A stretch of 51,166 nt of DNA from a virus (lineage: Duplodnaviria; Heunggongvirae; Uroviricota; Caudoviricetes). Below are positions 20,501 through 28,881 of this stretch, one piece after another. The stretch lies in the IMG/VR virus record IMGVR_UViG_3300044638_003984. The stretch is one strand, 5' to 3'. The position numbers were made by a program, and so were the translations under genes. Each line of letters starts with the position of its first letter. Within the stretch, counting starts at the first letter, position 1. The notes under the pieces were generated by a model. That model worked only from the letters and a program-made list of their open reading frames with translations, was not told the DNA's origin and did no database searches.

Positions 20501-21072
20501 CCTGCAGTAAATTTGTGGGTTTGATCAATTATTGTAGAAGATAGATTTATTAAACCAGTTGATCCAACAGATAAAGCACTTGTTCTATCATAATACATTT
20601 TAACAGAGGTTGGTGAAGCAACACCAACCCAATAAGTTTGATTGTCAGTTAAACCAATTATCCCTGTTGAATTAGATGGTCCTGTTGCTCCATTAAATGA
20701 ATATATCACTTCATCGCCGCTGGATAGATTGTGTGAAGTACCAAAAGATATCACATCAGTCGAACCGTTAGCTGAAGTTGTTGAAAATGTTTTTGTAATT
20801 GAAGAAGAAGTTGTTGATTCAGTTACAGAATAAATCTTATTATTGAAACTAAATCTTTGTCCTTTTGTATATGATGTATTTCCAGCCCATTCAGATACAG
20901 GATTGTAACCAGATCCGCCTTCTATAACTTTAACAGCAATTATCTTTCCTTCTTCAGAATCTAAGAAGGAATAATAATGTTCCATTAATTCTAAGAAAAG
21001 AGGATATTCTTCTCTGATATATTGAGGAATCTGAGATTTGATGAAAAATTTCTTTTTATGAGGAATATGCAT
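14533..21072 (-). CDS. gp7: Baseplate wedge initiator gp7-like, greatly expanded (2179 aa)
   Basis: IKSQIPQYIREEYPLFLELMEHYY, FYNSKGAEKSIQFLFRILF, YYPKTDMLRVSDGKW, KKIQDSEYYQDFSY and IHPAG motifs; located between gp6 and gp8. Confidence 0.8.
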   Translation of the reverse strand: MHIPHKKKFFIKSQIPQYIREEYPLFLELMEHYYSFLDSEEGKIIAVKVIEGGSGYNPVSEWAGNTSYTKGQRFSFNNKIYSVTESTTSSSITKTFSTTSANGSTDVISFGTSHNLSSGDEVIYSFNGATGPSNSTGIIGLTDNQTYWVGVASPTSVKMYYDRTSALSVGSTGLINLSSTIIDQTHKFTAGPWHSGATGVYSFANVSSKYVTEGGPESVVVYFATKNNSGQYITDPRAGSASGAGATPILDSGAVKKIVITNPGSGYTKEEEPKAVITGGGGSGAVLETVTTTDFGGLNASVTAAQYSRDIDETIERCIQSLRRELIPNIPDKLYLETDNLVESREVDVRKFIKFIKQFYNSKGAEKSIQFLFRILFDSDVEIYYPKTDMLRVSDGKWSEDFVIRVNPSNPSETEESFTESYLGERIIGVDSGATATIQSVVDVAAGGGLTLELRLNEINGTFENDEEIKVYSYAKTRSEQSIAVIRPCISSLNILDGGINYSIDDQIITDSSFLARVTEVGTVIDEPKYLNISSEFGEVSKSFDIKTDVNTISKTITFNTSHNYSNGDSVVYSLNNSEIDTPIAEFDIISNVDAQNDCIILDNLHNYSDGDRVIYSFAGATGPEGATGVIGLNDNKTYWVRISFNDDSKIVAEVEITEPGSGYTSAPVITFSNPFTGATGATGFYNGATGFFIGATGSNIGSTGFVQGTIIGVNFAIPGATGVSTKFYRSYALVPNSTSTPLHSIGATGYWEFIGRNALATANIGLINGATGITSITITDHGFGYGINPTITFSSGNAEATAKMYSDIRGRYVRLYDSYFNSTLGSTGLIGLSQSGTVQTHKLYLSPIGLKESATYYARITGSTGVQLYTTYAGAIAGTTGSLVSVESNNLSERTKVHSLSKLLETPYVDVSSKTITFKTPHNFKTGRGLLYSFNGTTGPAGATGALGLNDGVTYYARITGSTGVQLYTTYAGAIAGTTGLLVSLGSTGLHQIHSLSQVSVNSITDYKIQNFGFNYQTQPNITASNTEGGQGAEFTANFSGLLKYDGDYIGTDGQPSSAKKIQDSEYYQDFSYEIISDQSARIFGTILEKTIHPAGLRYFSRILSVRDESLYDERDNYNAYYEQYTYFVTDPLGQSTFDIASLLNNGTEWQAGDIVSVGTLENPTKIFLRSGSDDYVFIVSGPGTFGSTPPSITSGEQTNGTAKLILSGVADKVLTVYVDGVLQKYGTDFTMQDANTIEFSPALPQGSIVRIYRRQEILIETDYNEYIQTFTSVLSRRNKFVRDSFDPYHWYPGIETTPKLWQQTGATGFVLNDIVNWNENYYLVTQAGEPGTNPPTHIEGSYPNGTMILQYYPPFVGYNGDIIYNGSNFYKITGNSIANFSAEFGSTGPVHTVGIIDCIISNAGISNYMTPGGYSLVFTGATGANASGTVTLSWGSTGVFISSVDITNTGTDYFISPTVTISGATGFTTNYSITPIIGPATAINGKTYLTNYDPGYRFWSGSTGVSADDILKSNGNWYRVISSGTTSGSTGPTHTFGSQLSGTARLEYYPIDHAKTSILPVVSELDPGKSMLGPTVNDIVRNIGTGIPDFFQNIFGTVVITPSVVFSELDLGETGLSDQDDEYIGYTIIITFPDTTKQIRTVTDYDGTTKTIILSSTVDPGTNGSLSFRMIQNYLISSSNYGSFLVPDPGATGLSIGLSEYDLAYILNPLTGATGILGATGITKYTFDSSTAIIGATGPAGSVGATGYMINIPIHELTTANRLTYNNNGNSNITGLSSGNSYYVIVVDSNNIQLADTYNNAISGATGATGFINIAPGSGDHKLHPQNDLYKNFNLIISSGDGTNSVLNIKEYDEITNTVECYGYPTGTITPGNSTYFIYPDLYPYPGGATGPSGANYNDDHYGSSILSLSISSGGVGYSTANTISFSGGYGTGAAATITSVDGTGKITGIVPTNGGRGYIYEPKVVISPGATGIVGTGANIKIILSPLNSAVSVDSISRYSMFGNYQYYIDNTTITTTCSCISGLDYITLNDISFDRNNLYVGQSVSGSGININTKIKEISGTKIYLDKPTIDTLSFTVTFTGKPQPIFEYGETLLQQSISDPLVFNKMRVIKYDRINKILYVEKDEESDELNNTNYLSRSKNNSNINIIGSTGSEMYSGWKSINQPIGCIIKTYPL
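18134..18508. repeat. 78-bp exact direct repeat (18134-18211 and 18431-18508) inside gp7
   Basis: Both copies encode TYYARITGSTGVQLYTTYAGAIAGTT and are 297 bp apart. Confidence 0.9.
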
Positions 21073-21075
21073 TTA

Positions 21076-22896
21076 TTACTCTACTCTCATATTTATGTTC
21101 ACATCAGTATCGACGATTGCTAGAATATTATTTCTAGCTGACGCAACTGTGTATTCAACAGGTTCTGCAACAACATCTAAAGTGTTGTCTGTATTGACAA
21201 CAGATGATGGTTTTAAATTTGTTATCTTAACTAAACCTGTATTATAATCTATCGTCCCTGCATTAGTTTTAACAATAACTTTGTTGCCTGAATCTATTTT
21301 GTAAATTCTAATTAAACCAGTTGAATCATCTTCTAAGAAGAATTCGTCATTAGTAGCACCCAACGTGGAATCATTTAAAGCTCTAAATCCGGTAGCAGAT
21401 CTGAATGTACTTGCTCTTAAAGTATTTTGAAAATCTATAGTGTATGTAGATGTAACATCGATATTTACATTGACATTTTTTCTTAATTTGATAAGAGTAT
21501 AATTTGAGATAATTGAATTAGCAGTTTTATCGATTTCGTTTACGAATTTAGAATAAGAAAATCTAGTTCCAAATTTTATCAATTCTTCTGAATTATACGA
21601 CATAATCTTATCTAAGATAAGTGATTTCAATTCGGCAGAAGTATATATCGTTCTTTTCGCATTATATAGAACGGAAGTATTTATCTGTATAAAAGTGTAA
21701 TCTGCATCAACAATTTCCGGAATCACAGTCAATATATTCTTTGTTTCTAATATATTGGTTAATATTTCTTGTTTTACTGCATTTGTAATTCTAAAACCAT
21801 TTTTAGGTTTGAATGATATGAATACTTTTCCGTAAATTGGTGGAATATTTTCTTGTCCTCCCCAAACTGAGATAGATTCCGCTTGAGGATAATCTCTTTC
21901 TAGAAAGAATTTGTAATCTTCCGCTGTTACTGCTCTTCCTTGAGTTGTAAAATTATTCAAAGCATTAATACGAATAGATTCTATCGATTCTTCAGAAGCT
22001 CCACCATATGTAGTCTCTATGTTATCGAAGACGATATCAGAAGAACCAAATGATTCTAATCCGATTCCTCTACCAGCACCTATAGTATCTGACAGAGTCA
22101 ATTTAGATATTCCGTTTGCTTTATCGCCAGAAGAAGTTTGGAATGAAATAATGATAGTTCCTGATTCTGGCTTCATTCCAAGAACACCATCACCAAATTG
22201 TATTACATAATTTCTATTAGTAGATTCAAATAGATAAAAGATTTGTGATTCGGAATCTAAGATAGTTATATCTGAAACAAGATTATAAGTTTGTAGATCT
22301 CCAGAAGTTCCAGCTTCTTGATTATAAACTTCGATAGATTCTGTATCTATATTGAAATTATTGATATAAAACTTATCTACTGGATTTCCATCAGCATCTG
22401 TTGCGTTGTATTGTATGGATAATCTCGTTCCTTCACGCAATTCAACATCAGTAAAAGTATATCTATTTCCATCTGATATAGCTGATACTGCTTTTGTTGG
22501 TTGGAATATATAAGTCGTCCCATCAATATCACCGACAAATTTAATTGTTTTATCTAATGTTAAGGAACTATTAAGAGGATCTGTTGTTGGAATTCTAAAA
22601 GATATTTTTGTTTTTGACGACTTCTTAGATCTTGGCGCATAACCTAAATTCTTTGCAATAGAAACAACTGAAGATCTTAATTGAGCAGTGTCAATGAAAT
22701 TTTCATTCATTGCCATATTAAGATATACTGCATTATAATGTGTATTATAAGCAAGTATATCCATAACAAGAGATAAACCAGATCCTTCGTAATTGTAATC
22801 AGTAAATGATGAATTATTCGCAATAAATGCAGCAATATTACCACGAATTGTTTCGAAATCTAATTCTGAAACTAAATTTACTGTTTTATTCGCCAT
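21076..22896 (-). CDS. gp6: Baseplate wedge subunit gp6
   Basis: SELDFETI...FTDYNYEGSGLS...DILAYNTHYNA...AQLRSSVVSIAKNLGY and RAVTAEDY motifs. Confidence 0.95.
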   Translation of the reverse strand: MANKTVNLVSELDFETIRGNIAAFIANNSSFTDYNYEGSGLSLVMDILAYNTHYNAVYLNMAMNENFIDTAQLRSSVVSIAKNLGYAPRSKKSSKTKISFRIPTTDPLNSSLTLDKTIKFVGDIDGTTYIFQPTKAVSAISDGNRYTFTDVELREGTRLSIQYNATDADGNPVDKFYINNFNIDTESIEVYNQEAGTSGDLQTYNLVSDITILDSESQIFYLFESTNRNYVIQFGDGVLGMKPESGTIIISFQTSSGDKANGISKLTLSDTIGAGRGIGLESFGSSDIVFDNIETTYGGASEESIESIRINALNNFTTQGRAVTAEDYKFFLERDYPQAESISVWGGQENIPPIYGKVFISFKPKNGFRITNAVKQEILTNILETKNILTVIPEIVDADYTFIQINTSVLYNAKRTIYTSAELKSLILDKIMSYNSEELIKFGTRFSYSKFVNEIDKTANSIISNYTLIKLRKNVNVNIDVTSTYTIDFQNTLRASTFRSATGFRALNDSTLGATNDEFFLEDDSTGLIRIYKIDSGNKVIVKTNAGTIDYNTGLVKITNLKPSSVVNTDNTLDVVAEPVEYTVASARNNILAIVDTDVNINMRVE

Positions 22897-22897
22897 G

Positions 22898-23293
22898 TTA
22901 TCTGACTCTTTCTAAATTGACTCTTACTGATACCGGATCTTGAATATTCACAATATAGAAATAAATTTCTACATCAATGGAATTTAAATCTGAAGTTTCT
23001 TTTACATCTACTCTAATCAATTTTGCTCTTGGCTCAAAATTATTTATAACATCTTGAACAGAAGTCTCTATTATAATTGAAGTTTCTGATGTAATATTTT
23101 CAAAGAGAGAACCATATATTGCAGAACCTATTTCTGGATGAAATAATCGTTCAGAGAATTTCGTTAGAACAAGATGTTTAACAGATCTCTTTACAGCATC
23201 TATATCTGTTAAGGTGTATATATCTTTTGTTTTTGGATTTTTGGTGAAGGAAAGATCGATATCTTTGTATCTATTTTGGATAGTCGAAGCCAT
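22898..23293 (-). CDS. gp25: Baseplate wedge subunit gp25
   Basis: YKDIDLSF.KNP..KD....D..AVKRSV..L...ERLFHPEIGS...INNFEPRA. Confidence 0.95.
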   Translation of the reverse strand: MASTIQNRYKDIDLSFTKNPKTKDIYTLTDIDAVKRSVKHLVLTKFSERLFHPEIGSAIYGSLFENITSETSIIIETSVQDVINNFEPRAKLIRVDVKETSDLNSIDVEIYFYIVNIQDPVSVRVNLERVR

Positions 23294-23304
23294 ATTCGTA
23301 TTTA

Positions 23305-24195
23305 TTATGATAGAAATGGTAATGTTGGAATACTAGAAAGTGTATTGGAAGCTGTATTTAAAGTATCAATTGTTGTATTGATTGAAGCGTAAATTGTATA
23401 ATATTCAGAATTTCTAGGATCTATTGCTGCTGGTAATTTAGGAATTTTCTTATCGCCTTTTCTTTTCTCATCAAATAGTTTATCTATTTTCTTGAAATTA
23501 TTTGCAATAGCTTTGACATTATTTACTGTTGCTTCCATATTATTTGCTATATTAGCAACAGCAGCTGCAGTATTTGCAACATCATTAACTACATTTAATG
23601 CTGAATTCACATTTGTAATCACTCCAGTCGCATCAACTCCAAAAGAATTTATTGTACTTGCCAAAGAATTCATTGTAGATAATGAATTTGCAATACTCGC
23701 AGCATTATTATTAATATATTCGTTCATTTGATCGATAGAATCTTGCACTTCTGCTGTTGTATTATTTACAGTTATTCTTTGTTCATTCGAATCAACAACA
23801 TCAACCCAATAATCAGAAGTTCTTGTCAATGATGCTGATTGAATCGTAAGTGTTGATGTGACATTATTTATAGCAAATAGTGATTGTTGAAAATTTGAAG
23901 GATTTAGATTTGTTGTTAGTGATTGTAATGTATTTGCTGTATTTTGTATTTGCGATACTTGTGATACTGAAGCAGTCAATGCAGAAGATAACTCATTAGA
24001 AACTAATCCTCTACGTTCTAATAAAGAAATTGAATCGAATGCAGCGGAACTAATTGATCTCCATGAAACGGGTCTATTGATGAATGGTGCAATTATATCT
24101 GCAATTTCTTGAGCCTGCGCAGCAGCATCTAGGATCTTCAACAATTTCGCATTATTGATTGGAAAAGAAAATGTTGGTAATTTCGGTAATGGCAT
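23305..24195 (-). CDS. Hypothetical Ser/Thr/Asn/Ala-rich helical protein between gp5 and gp25
   Basis: 296-aa ORF tightly packed in the operon, with amphipathic helical repeats. Confidence 0.7.
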   Translation of the reverse strand: MPLPKLPTFSFPINNAKLLKILDAAAQAQEIADIIAPFINRPVSWRSISSAAFDSISLLERRGLVSNELSSALTASVSQVSQIQNTANTLQSLTTNLNPSNFQQSLFAINNVTSTLTIQSASLTRTSDYWVDVVDSNEQRITVNNTTAEVQDSIDQMNEYINNNAASIANSLSTMNSLASTINSFGVDATGVITNVNSALNVVNDVANTAAAVANIANNMEATVNNVKAIANNFKKIDKLFDEKRKGDKKIPKLPAAIDPRNSEYYTIYASINTTIDTLNTASNTLSSIPTLPFLS

Positions 24196-24199
24196 ATTT

Positions 24200-25579
24200 T
24201 TATGGATCGAAAGTTAACTTTATTGGGGGTAATGGATTTTCTTTTGGAAATTTTCTTGTAACAATCGGCGATTCTAAATTTATTCTTTTGAAAGATTTAA
24301 GATTGATTATATTTGTCAATGAAGTTAAATCTAATGACCCACCAGCAATTATTTTTGTTTCTAATTTTGAACCAACTGATGTAGAGATATCAGATTGAAC
24401 TGTTGTATTAGTCGAACTATCAATTACTGTTTTAATTCCAGAAGAAATATTAGATTTAACTGATGAATACAAATAACAATTTGTTTGCGAAGTTATATTC
24501 ATATTTAAGATAGAAGATAATCCCATAGATCGATTGGAAACTAAACTTATGTTTCCTTCTTTTGTAGTTGTAGTAAAATTTTTCTCTACTGTGGTATTCA
24601 TACTTTCAGCACAATTCAATGTTATACTTCCACCAGATGTGAGATTAATATCTTTCTTTGCAGTTAGACTGATATTTTCTTCGCAAAATATCGTTGTATT
24701 TTTCTTTGCATGAATAGTCAATTTTTCATTCGCTTCTACGTTTATATCGTTTCCAGAGTATACATTGACTCTTCCTTCTGCAGTTATATTAACAGATCCT
24801 CTAACAAAGATATTATCATCATCTAAGATAATTGTATAATTCGTTCCATTGATCTTTGTTATCTTATGAGCTTTTCCTTCTTCTTCATAAACTTCATAGA
24901 AAGTTCCGCATGGGTGATATTCATGTATTCTTCTATGATCTTTAGTATCATCCCATTCTTTTACTATTCCACGTTCAGTTTGGAATACTTTATTAAATGG
25001 ATATTTTGCTTTGTATGGTGGGTTTGGTTCTAACCATGCAGTATCTTGACCTTTTGGTCTAGGTTTACCATCGTTAGAAACTTCTTCAAGCGCAACTTTA
25101 ATTGGTTTACCTTCATTAGCAAGCGAATTCTTTCTTATTTCGATTACTGTTTCTTCTATCTTTTCTGCTCTTGCTAATCTATTGGTATCAGATTCACCAA
25201 TATAATCATCTTCAGGATAATGATTGAATGGATCAGAGAACCCAATGTTAGGTCGTGTTCTTTCTTGTGGAATACCGCCAATAGTTCCAAAAACTACAGG
25301 TTCTTGACAATTATCTCCATCTCTAAAGAAACCAACAACCCAAGTTCCTTCAACTGGTCCAACAGGAGTATCTCCAATTCCATTCATTGATGCAGAAGTT
25401 ATGGGAAGAATCGGAAATGCCCAAGGTAAATCCTCTGTGGGAATTTTAGTTTTATCTTCTGTATGTAATCCAAGAATTCTCACACGAACCCGACCCAATT
25501 TCAATGGGTCGAATCTATCTTCAACAACTCCTTGAAACCAAACAAACCGATCATATCCTAAGAAACCATTAGCAATCAT
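24200..25579 (-). CDS. gp5: Baseplate central spike gp5 (OB fold and beta-helix; no lysozyme domain visible)
   Basis: WFQGVVEDRFDPLKLGRVRVRILGLH, LPWA, EGTWVVGFFRDG and YPFNKV...EWDDT...RIHEYH motifs, then beta-helix repeats. Confidence 0.9.
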   Translation of the reverse strand: MIANGFLGYDRFVWFQGVVEDRFDPLKLGRVRVRILGLHTEDKTKIPTEDLPWAFPILPITSASMNGIGDTPVGPVEGTWVVGFFRDGDNCQEPVVFGTIGGIPQERTRPNIGFSDPFNHYPEDDYIGESDTNRLARAEKIEETVIEIRKNSLANEGKPIKVALEEVSNDGKPRPKGQDTAWLEPNPPYKAKYPFNKVFQTERGIVKEWDDTKDHRRIHEYHPCGTFYEVYEEEGKAHKITKINGTNYTIILDDDNIFVRGSVNITAEGRVNVYSGNDINVEANEKLTIHAKKNTTIFCEENISLTAKKDINLTSGGSITLNCAESMNTTVEKNFTTTTKEGNISLVSNRSMGLSSILNMNITSQTNCYLYSSVKSNISSGIKTVIDSSTNTTVQSDISTSVGSKLETKIIAGGSLDLTSLTNIINLKSFKRINLESPIVTRKFPKENPLPPIKLTFDP

Positions 25580-25580
25580 A

Positions 25581-26939
25581 TTATCCGACCTGCTTTCTCA
25601 GTGTTTCTTTACAACATTCGATAGTCATATTATATTGCACTTTTGTTATCGTGTGTCTTATATGTGTTATGAGTAAATTACCTTTATAATACTCATCAAA
25701 TTTAGTTTCACCACCAGGTTCTGGAGAAGGTAGATCGAAATAAACAACATCTCCAGACTCTAGAGTACAATCTCCTGGTAGAGTTATTCTAATCTTAAAT
25801 AAATCAAGTGAAGCCAATCTATGTGTTCTTATAGAAGATATTCTTTCAGTAAAGTTTGGATTTTCTAATGTTCCTGTTGAATTATAAATGATTAAAGAAT
25901 CTTTATAATCTTTAGAATCAAATCTTTTTCTTTTAGAATCATATACTCCAGAATACATTTTATTTTCTTCTAGATGATTTAATGAATCGAATTTATCTTC
26001 ATAATTGAATACAGTTTTCGTCCATTTCTTATTAGTAATATCGTGTGTTAGAAGTGTATTATTAAACAACCCATTTGCATTATTTGTGATGGTATTAAAT
26101 GAATTTACAACTTCATAATTGTATGCATTTGCATATTCGAAATTAGATCCTAGATTCTGATCTATATTTCCTGGTCGAAAATATATAATTTTTCTTGGGG
26201 CATATGTTAGCATATCATCTAATGAAAGAAACCAATATTTGCTGCTCGTTTGATCTGTGAATCTACTTAAAGTATAATTTTTTCTATCGGAAGATGTTTG
26301 TCCATCATTGTATAACGTCTGGAAGAAAAAGAAAGTTGGTTTGCCGTATGTTTCTGAAACTGCTCTCGAAGCCAACCAATTAATAGTCTTTAATGGAGTC
26401 CAATTAGGAATAATAACATTCGAAATACCAACTGTTTTTTCAATCTCATACGTTGTTTCTGTGTTAAAATCTAAGAATATTTTTTCGAGAATATTTGAGA
26501 TAGTATTATTAGTAAACGATTTAGATATTCGAATATTTCTATCAAGAACAAATTCTTCTGATGTAAAGTGTATTTCGTATGATTGTGCACGCTCATTAAT
26601 CATGGTTCTATTTTTAATATCAATTATTCTGCCAACAAACGTGAAGGATTTGGATCTCTTCTCACCAGAATCTTTATTCTTACTGATTGGTTTCTGAGAA
26701 GTATGCTCACCAACAGAAACTTGTATTACGATTATCTCATTTCCCATAATAGGAAGCGAGTTAGAACCAGATATTAAATTCAAAGCATCATCAACAGAAA
26801 CCCATCCTGTTAGTGTTGGTGAATATATAGATTCAAATATATTGATTTCAGTGAAAATTGCGCTGATGTCAATCGTTCCTGTTTCCGAAATCAATGTTAA
26901 TGATTTTATGTCAAAATTACCTGCTTGTATCTTTGCCAT
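25581..26939 (-). CDS. Baseplate hub protein (gp27-like position)
   Basis: EINIFESIYSPTLTG, VIIPNWTPLKTINWL, FFFFQT and LPGD..LESGDVV...YYKGNLLITHIRH motifs; syntenic between gp53 and gp5. Confidence 0.7.
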   Translation of the reverse strand: MAKIQAGNFDIKSLTLISETGTIDISAIFTEINIFESIYSPTLTGWVSVDDALNLISGSNSLPIMGNEIIVIQVSVGEHTSQKPISKNKDSGEKRSKSFTFVGRIIDIKNRTMINERAQSYEIHFTSEEFVLDRNIRISKSFTNNTISNILEKIFLDFNTETTYEIEKTVGISNVIIPNWTPLKTINWLASRAVSETYGKPTFFFFQTLYNDGQTSSDRKNYTLSRFTDQTSSKYWFLSLDDMLTYAPRKIIYFRPGNIDQNLGSNFEYANAYNYEVVNSFNTITNNANGLFNNTLLTHDITNKKWTKTVFNYEDKFDSLNHLEENKMYSGVYDSKRKRFDSKDYKDSLIIYNSTGTLENPNFTERISSIRTHRLASLDLFKIRITLPGDCTLESGDVVYFDLPSPEPGGETKFDEYYKGNLLITHIRHTITKVQYNMTIECCKETLRKQVG

Positions 26940-26940
26940 T

Positions 26941-27549
26941 TTATTGTGTTAGTGATCTAAATGTGTCTTCAAAAGTTTGAATGTAAGATGAATTGCAAAC
27001 TAAGATATTTCTTTTTGCTTCATTGGTTTCAAATTCTATATCATAATTACTCTTAGGGTATTTCATAGTTCGACCATTTTCAGTTAATGGTCTTGAAGTT
27101 TGAGAATCTATATCAGTATATAGATAATTCACAAGAGGAACTTCAATGAAATATTCTGCATCTTCTAGAGGATCATCGGAATATCTATCATAAGCTTCTC
27201 TTATAAAATATTTGTGAGTAGTTTGTGCTGCTGAAATTGTTCCATATTCATCTACAATATATTGTTCAAATTCACCATAAGAAAGTGGAAAATCATAAAA
27301 TCTATCTAATCTATTATTGATAATCATAATAGTCCAATAGTAATTTGGATTACCATATAATGAGTTGGAAATTGTTTCGATATTTTCGCCATCTTTTATA
27401 ACATACTTGTAGTAGATGGATTTATCGTCAATGAGCGATTCTCTTCTAACAATTCTTACAGTGATATTTTTAAGAAGAAGATCGATGTTACCTGATGTGT
27501 CTAAGAAGTTTGGATATAGAACGTATGGAAATGGTGAGAAATATGACAT
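26941..27549 (-). CDS. gp53: Baseplate wedge subunit gp53
   Basis: YFSPFP, Y.IKDGE..E.I...LYG...YYWTIMIINN...F.DFPL. Confidence 0.9.
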   Translation of the reverse strand: MSYFSPFPYVLYPNFLDTSGNIDLLLKNITVRIVRRESLIDDKSIYYKYVIKDGENIETISNSLYGNPNYYWTIMIINNRLDRFYDFPLSYGEFEQYIVDEYGTISAAQTTHKYFIREAYDRYSDDPLEDAEYFIEVPLVNYLYTDIDSQTSRPLTENGRTMKYPKSNYDIEFETNEAKRNILVCNSSYIQTFEDTFRSLTQ

Positions 27550-27551
27550 AT

Positions 27552-28412
27552 TTAATATTCTTCGTTCTGTTGTTCAAAATCGTCTTGTGTTAAAATTTCT
27601 GTTTCTTGAAAATCCATAACAAGTTCAATTTCTACTGGTGCTCCATCAGAATCTTTGAAAGTTACAAAATTTTTACCACCACCATAAGAAACTTGTAAAT
27701 TTTTAAGAATACATTTCTTAGTTCTGAACAAATATGTGTTATTCTTACCAGAATTAAAAAATAATAATTCAAACTCTGATGGATATTTAAATAAAAAACT
27801 TCCTAATGTTAATTCTGGATGCATTGATGCTTTCAATGTTTTAATTATGTTCTTTATTGCTTCAGAATCAGATTTTTTCTTTGCTATCAAATTGTATGTG
27901 ATTTTAAAATCTCTAAACTTAACACCATTCAATAGTAATTCTTGGTGTGGATTTATAGCTAAACCTGTTATGGCCGAAGACGCTTGACCTATTTCTTTAG
28001 TCGGAATACTTTTAAAAAACTTATCTAAACCTGATGCAATTACTGCTTTTGTTGAGTTCTTCCCTAAAACTTTGGATAAAGTATCAGCTACTGCACCAAC
28101 ACTTTTACCAATTAATGATGAACCCAAACCAGTTAGAGAAACGTCTTCATATGAGACCGAATAATTTGTTGCAATTGACAGCGGTGTTGGTAAAAAAATT
28201 GTTGTTTTAACTGAACTTGTTTGCGATTTACTTCTTATATTAGATGCTTCTGGCTGGCCTAAGAAAATATTATTCATTGGTAATCCATCAGCATTATACA
28301 CACCAACTTGAGAAAAATCGATATTAGAAGCAGTTGTTTCATATATTTTTATGCACAATTGATTTGTACCAAATCTCTCTTGCATATTTGTAGGATAAGT
28401 AATTTTTTCCAT
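27552..28412 (-). CDS. gp48: Baseplate tail tube cap gp48
   Basis: TIFLPTP...TNYSVSY, AINPHQELL.NGVKFRDF, FKYPSEF and C.L....V.Y...P.E.EL...FQETEILT motifs. Confidence 0.85.
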   Translation of the reverse strand: MEKITYPTNMQERFGTNQLCIKIYETTASNIDFSQVGVYNADGLPMNNIFLGQPEASNIRSKSQTSSVKTTIFLPTPLSIATNYSVSYEDVSLTGLGSSLIGKSVGAVADTLSKVLGKNSTKAVIASGLDKFFKSIPTKEIGQASSAITGLAINPHQELLLNGVKFRDFKITYNLIAKKKSDSEAIKNIIKTLKASMHPELTLGSFLFKYPSEFELLFFNSGKNNTYLFRTKKCILKNLQVSYGGGKNFVTFKDSDGAPVEIELVMDFQETEILTQDDFEQQNEEY

Positions 28413-28416
28413 ACTC

Positions 28417-28854
28417 TTATTTATTGAATAGTTCTTTCTCTGTTAATACAAGAAAATTCATATCATATTTCTTAGCAAAGTCTTTTGCAGCATTCCATTT
28501 TGCTTGATTTATTACATAAGTGTGTACAGAAGATATATATGATTCTGTTATTCTCTTAGGTCTTTTTGGTTCAATAGTTTGATTATATGGTTTGACTTCA
28601 ATCAAATATTTCTTCAATGATCCTTCTTTTGTTCTCGCTTTAAAATAGAAATCAACAAAATATCTATGCATCCTATTATCTATTGGAGATAGATAAGGCA
28701 CAATAACCTCTTCCGATCCGTATTCTAAAATAGATTGATTGTGGTCTAGATACTTCAAAAATCTCAATTCCCAGGTAGATCTCCAGATAATATTGGATGA
28801 ATCTCCTTTATATTTTTGTGGGTATTTTGGAGTGTATTTTCCCGAATATGCCAT
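28417..28854 (-). CDS. gp4: Head completion nuclease gp4
   Basis: MAYSGKY.PK.P.KYKGD..NIIWRS.WE...SEE..VPY.SP.D...HRYFVDF...IEVKP..Q...NQAKW.AA. Confidence 0.95.
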   Translation of the reverse strand: MAYSGKYTPKYPQKYKGDSSNIIWRSTWELRFLKYLDHNQSILEYGSEEVIVPYLSPIDNRMHRYFVDFYFKARTKEGSLKKYLIEVKPYNQTIEPKRPKRITESYISSVHTYVINQAKWNAAKDFAKKYDMNFLVLTEKELFNK

Positions 28855-28859
28855 ATTTG

Positions 28860-28874
28860 TATTTATTATAAATA
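28860..28874. promoter_or_regulatory. Back-to-back late promoters: AATAAATA on the - strand (28860-67) and TATAAATA on the + strand (28867-74)
   Basis: Both lie in the 27-bp gap between the divergent gp4 and tube-paralogue genes. Confidence 0.7.
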
Positions 28875-28881
28875 ATAAGAT

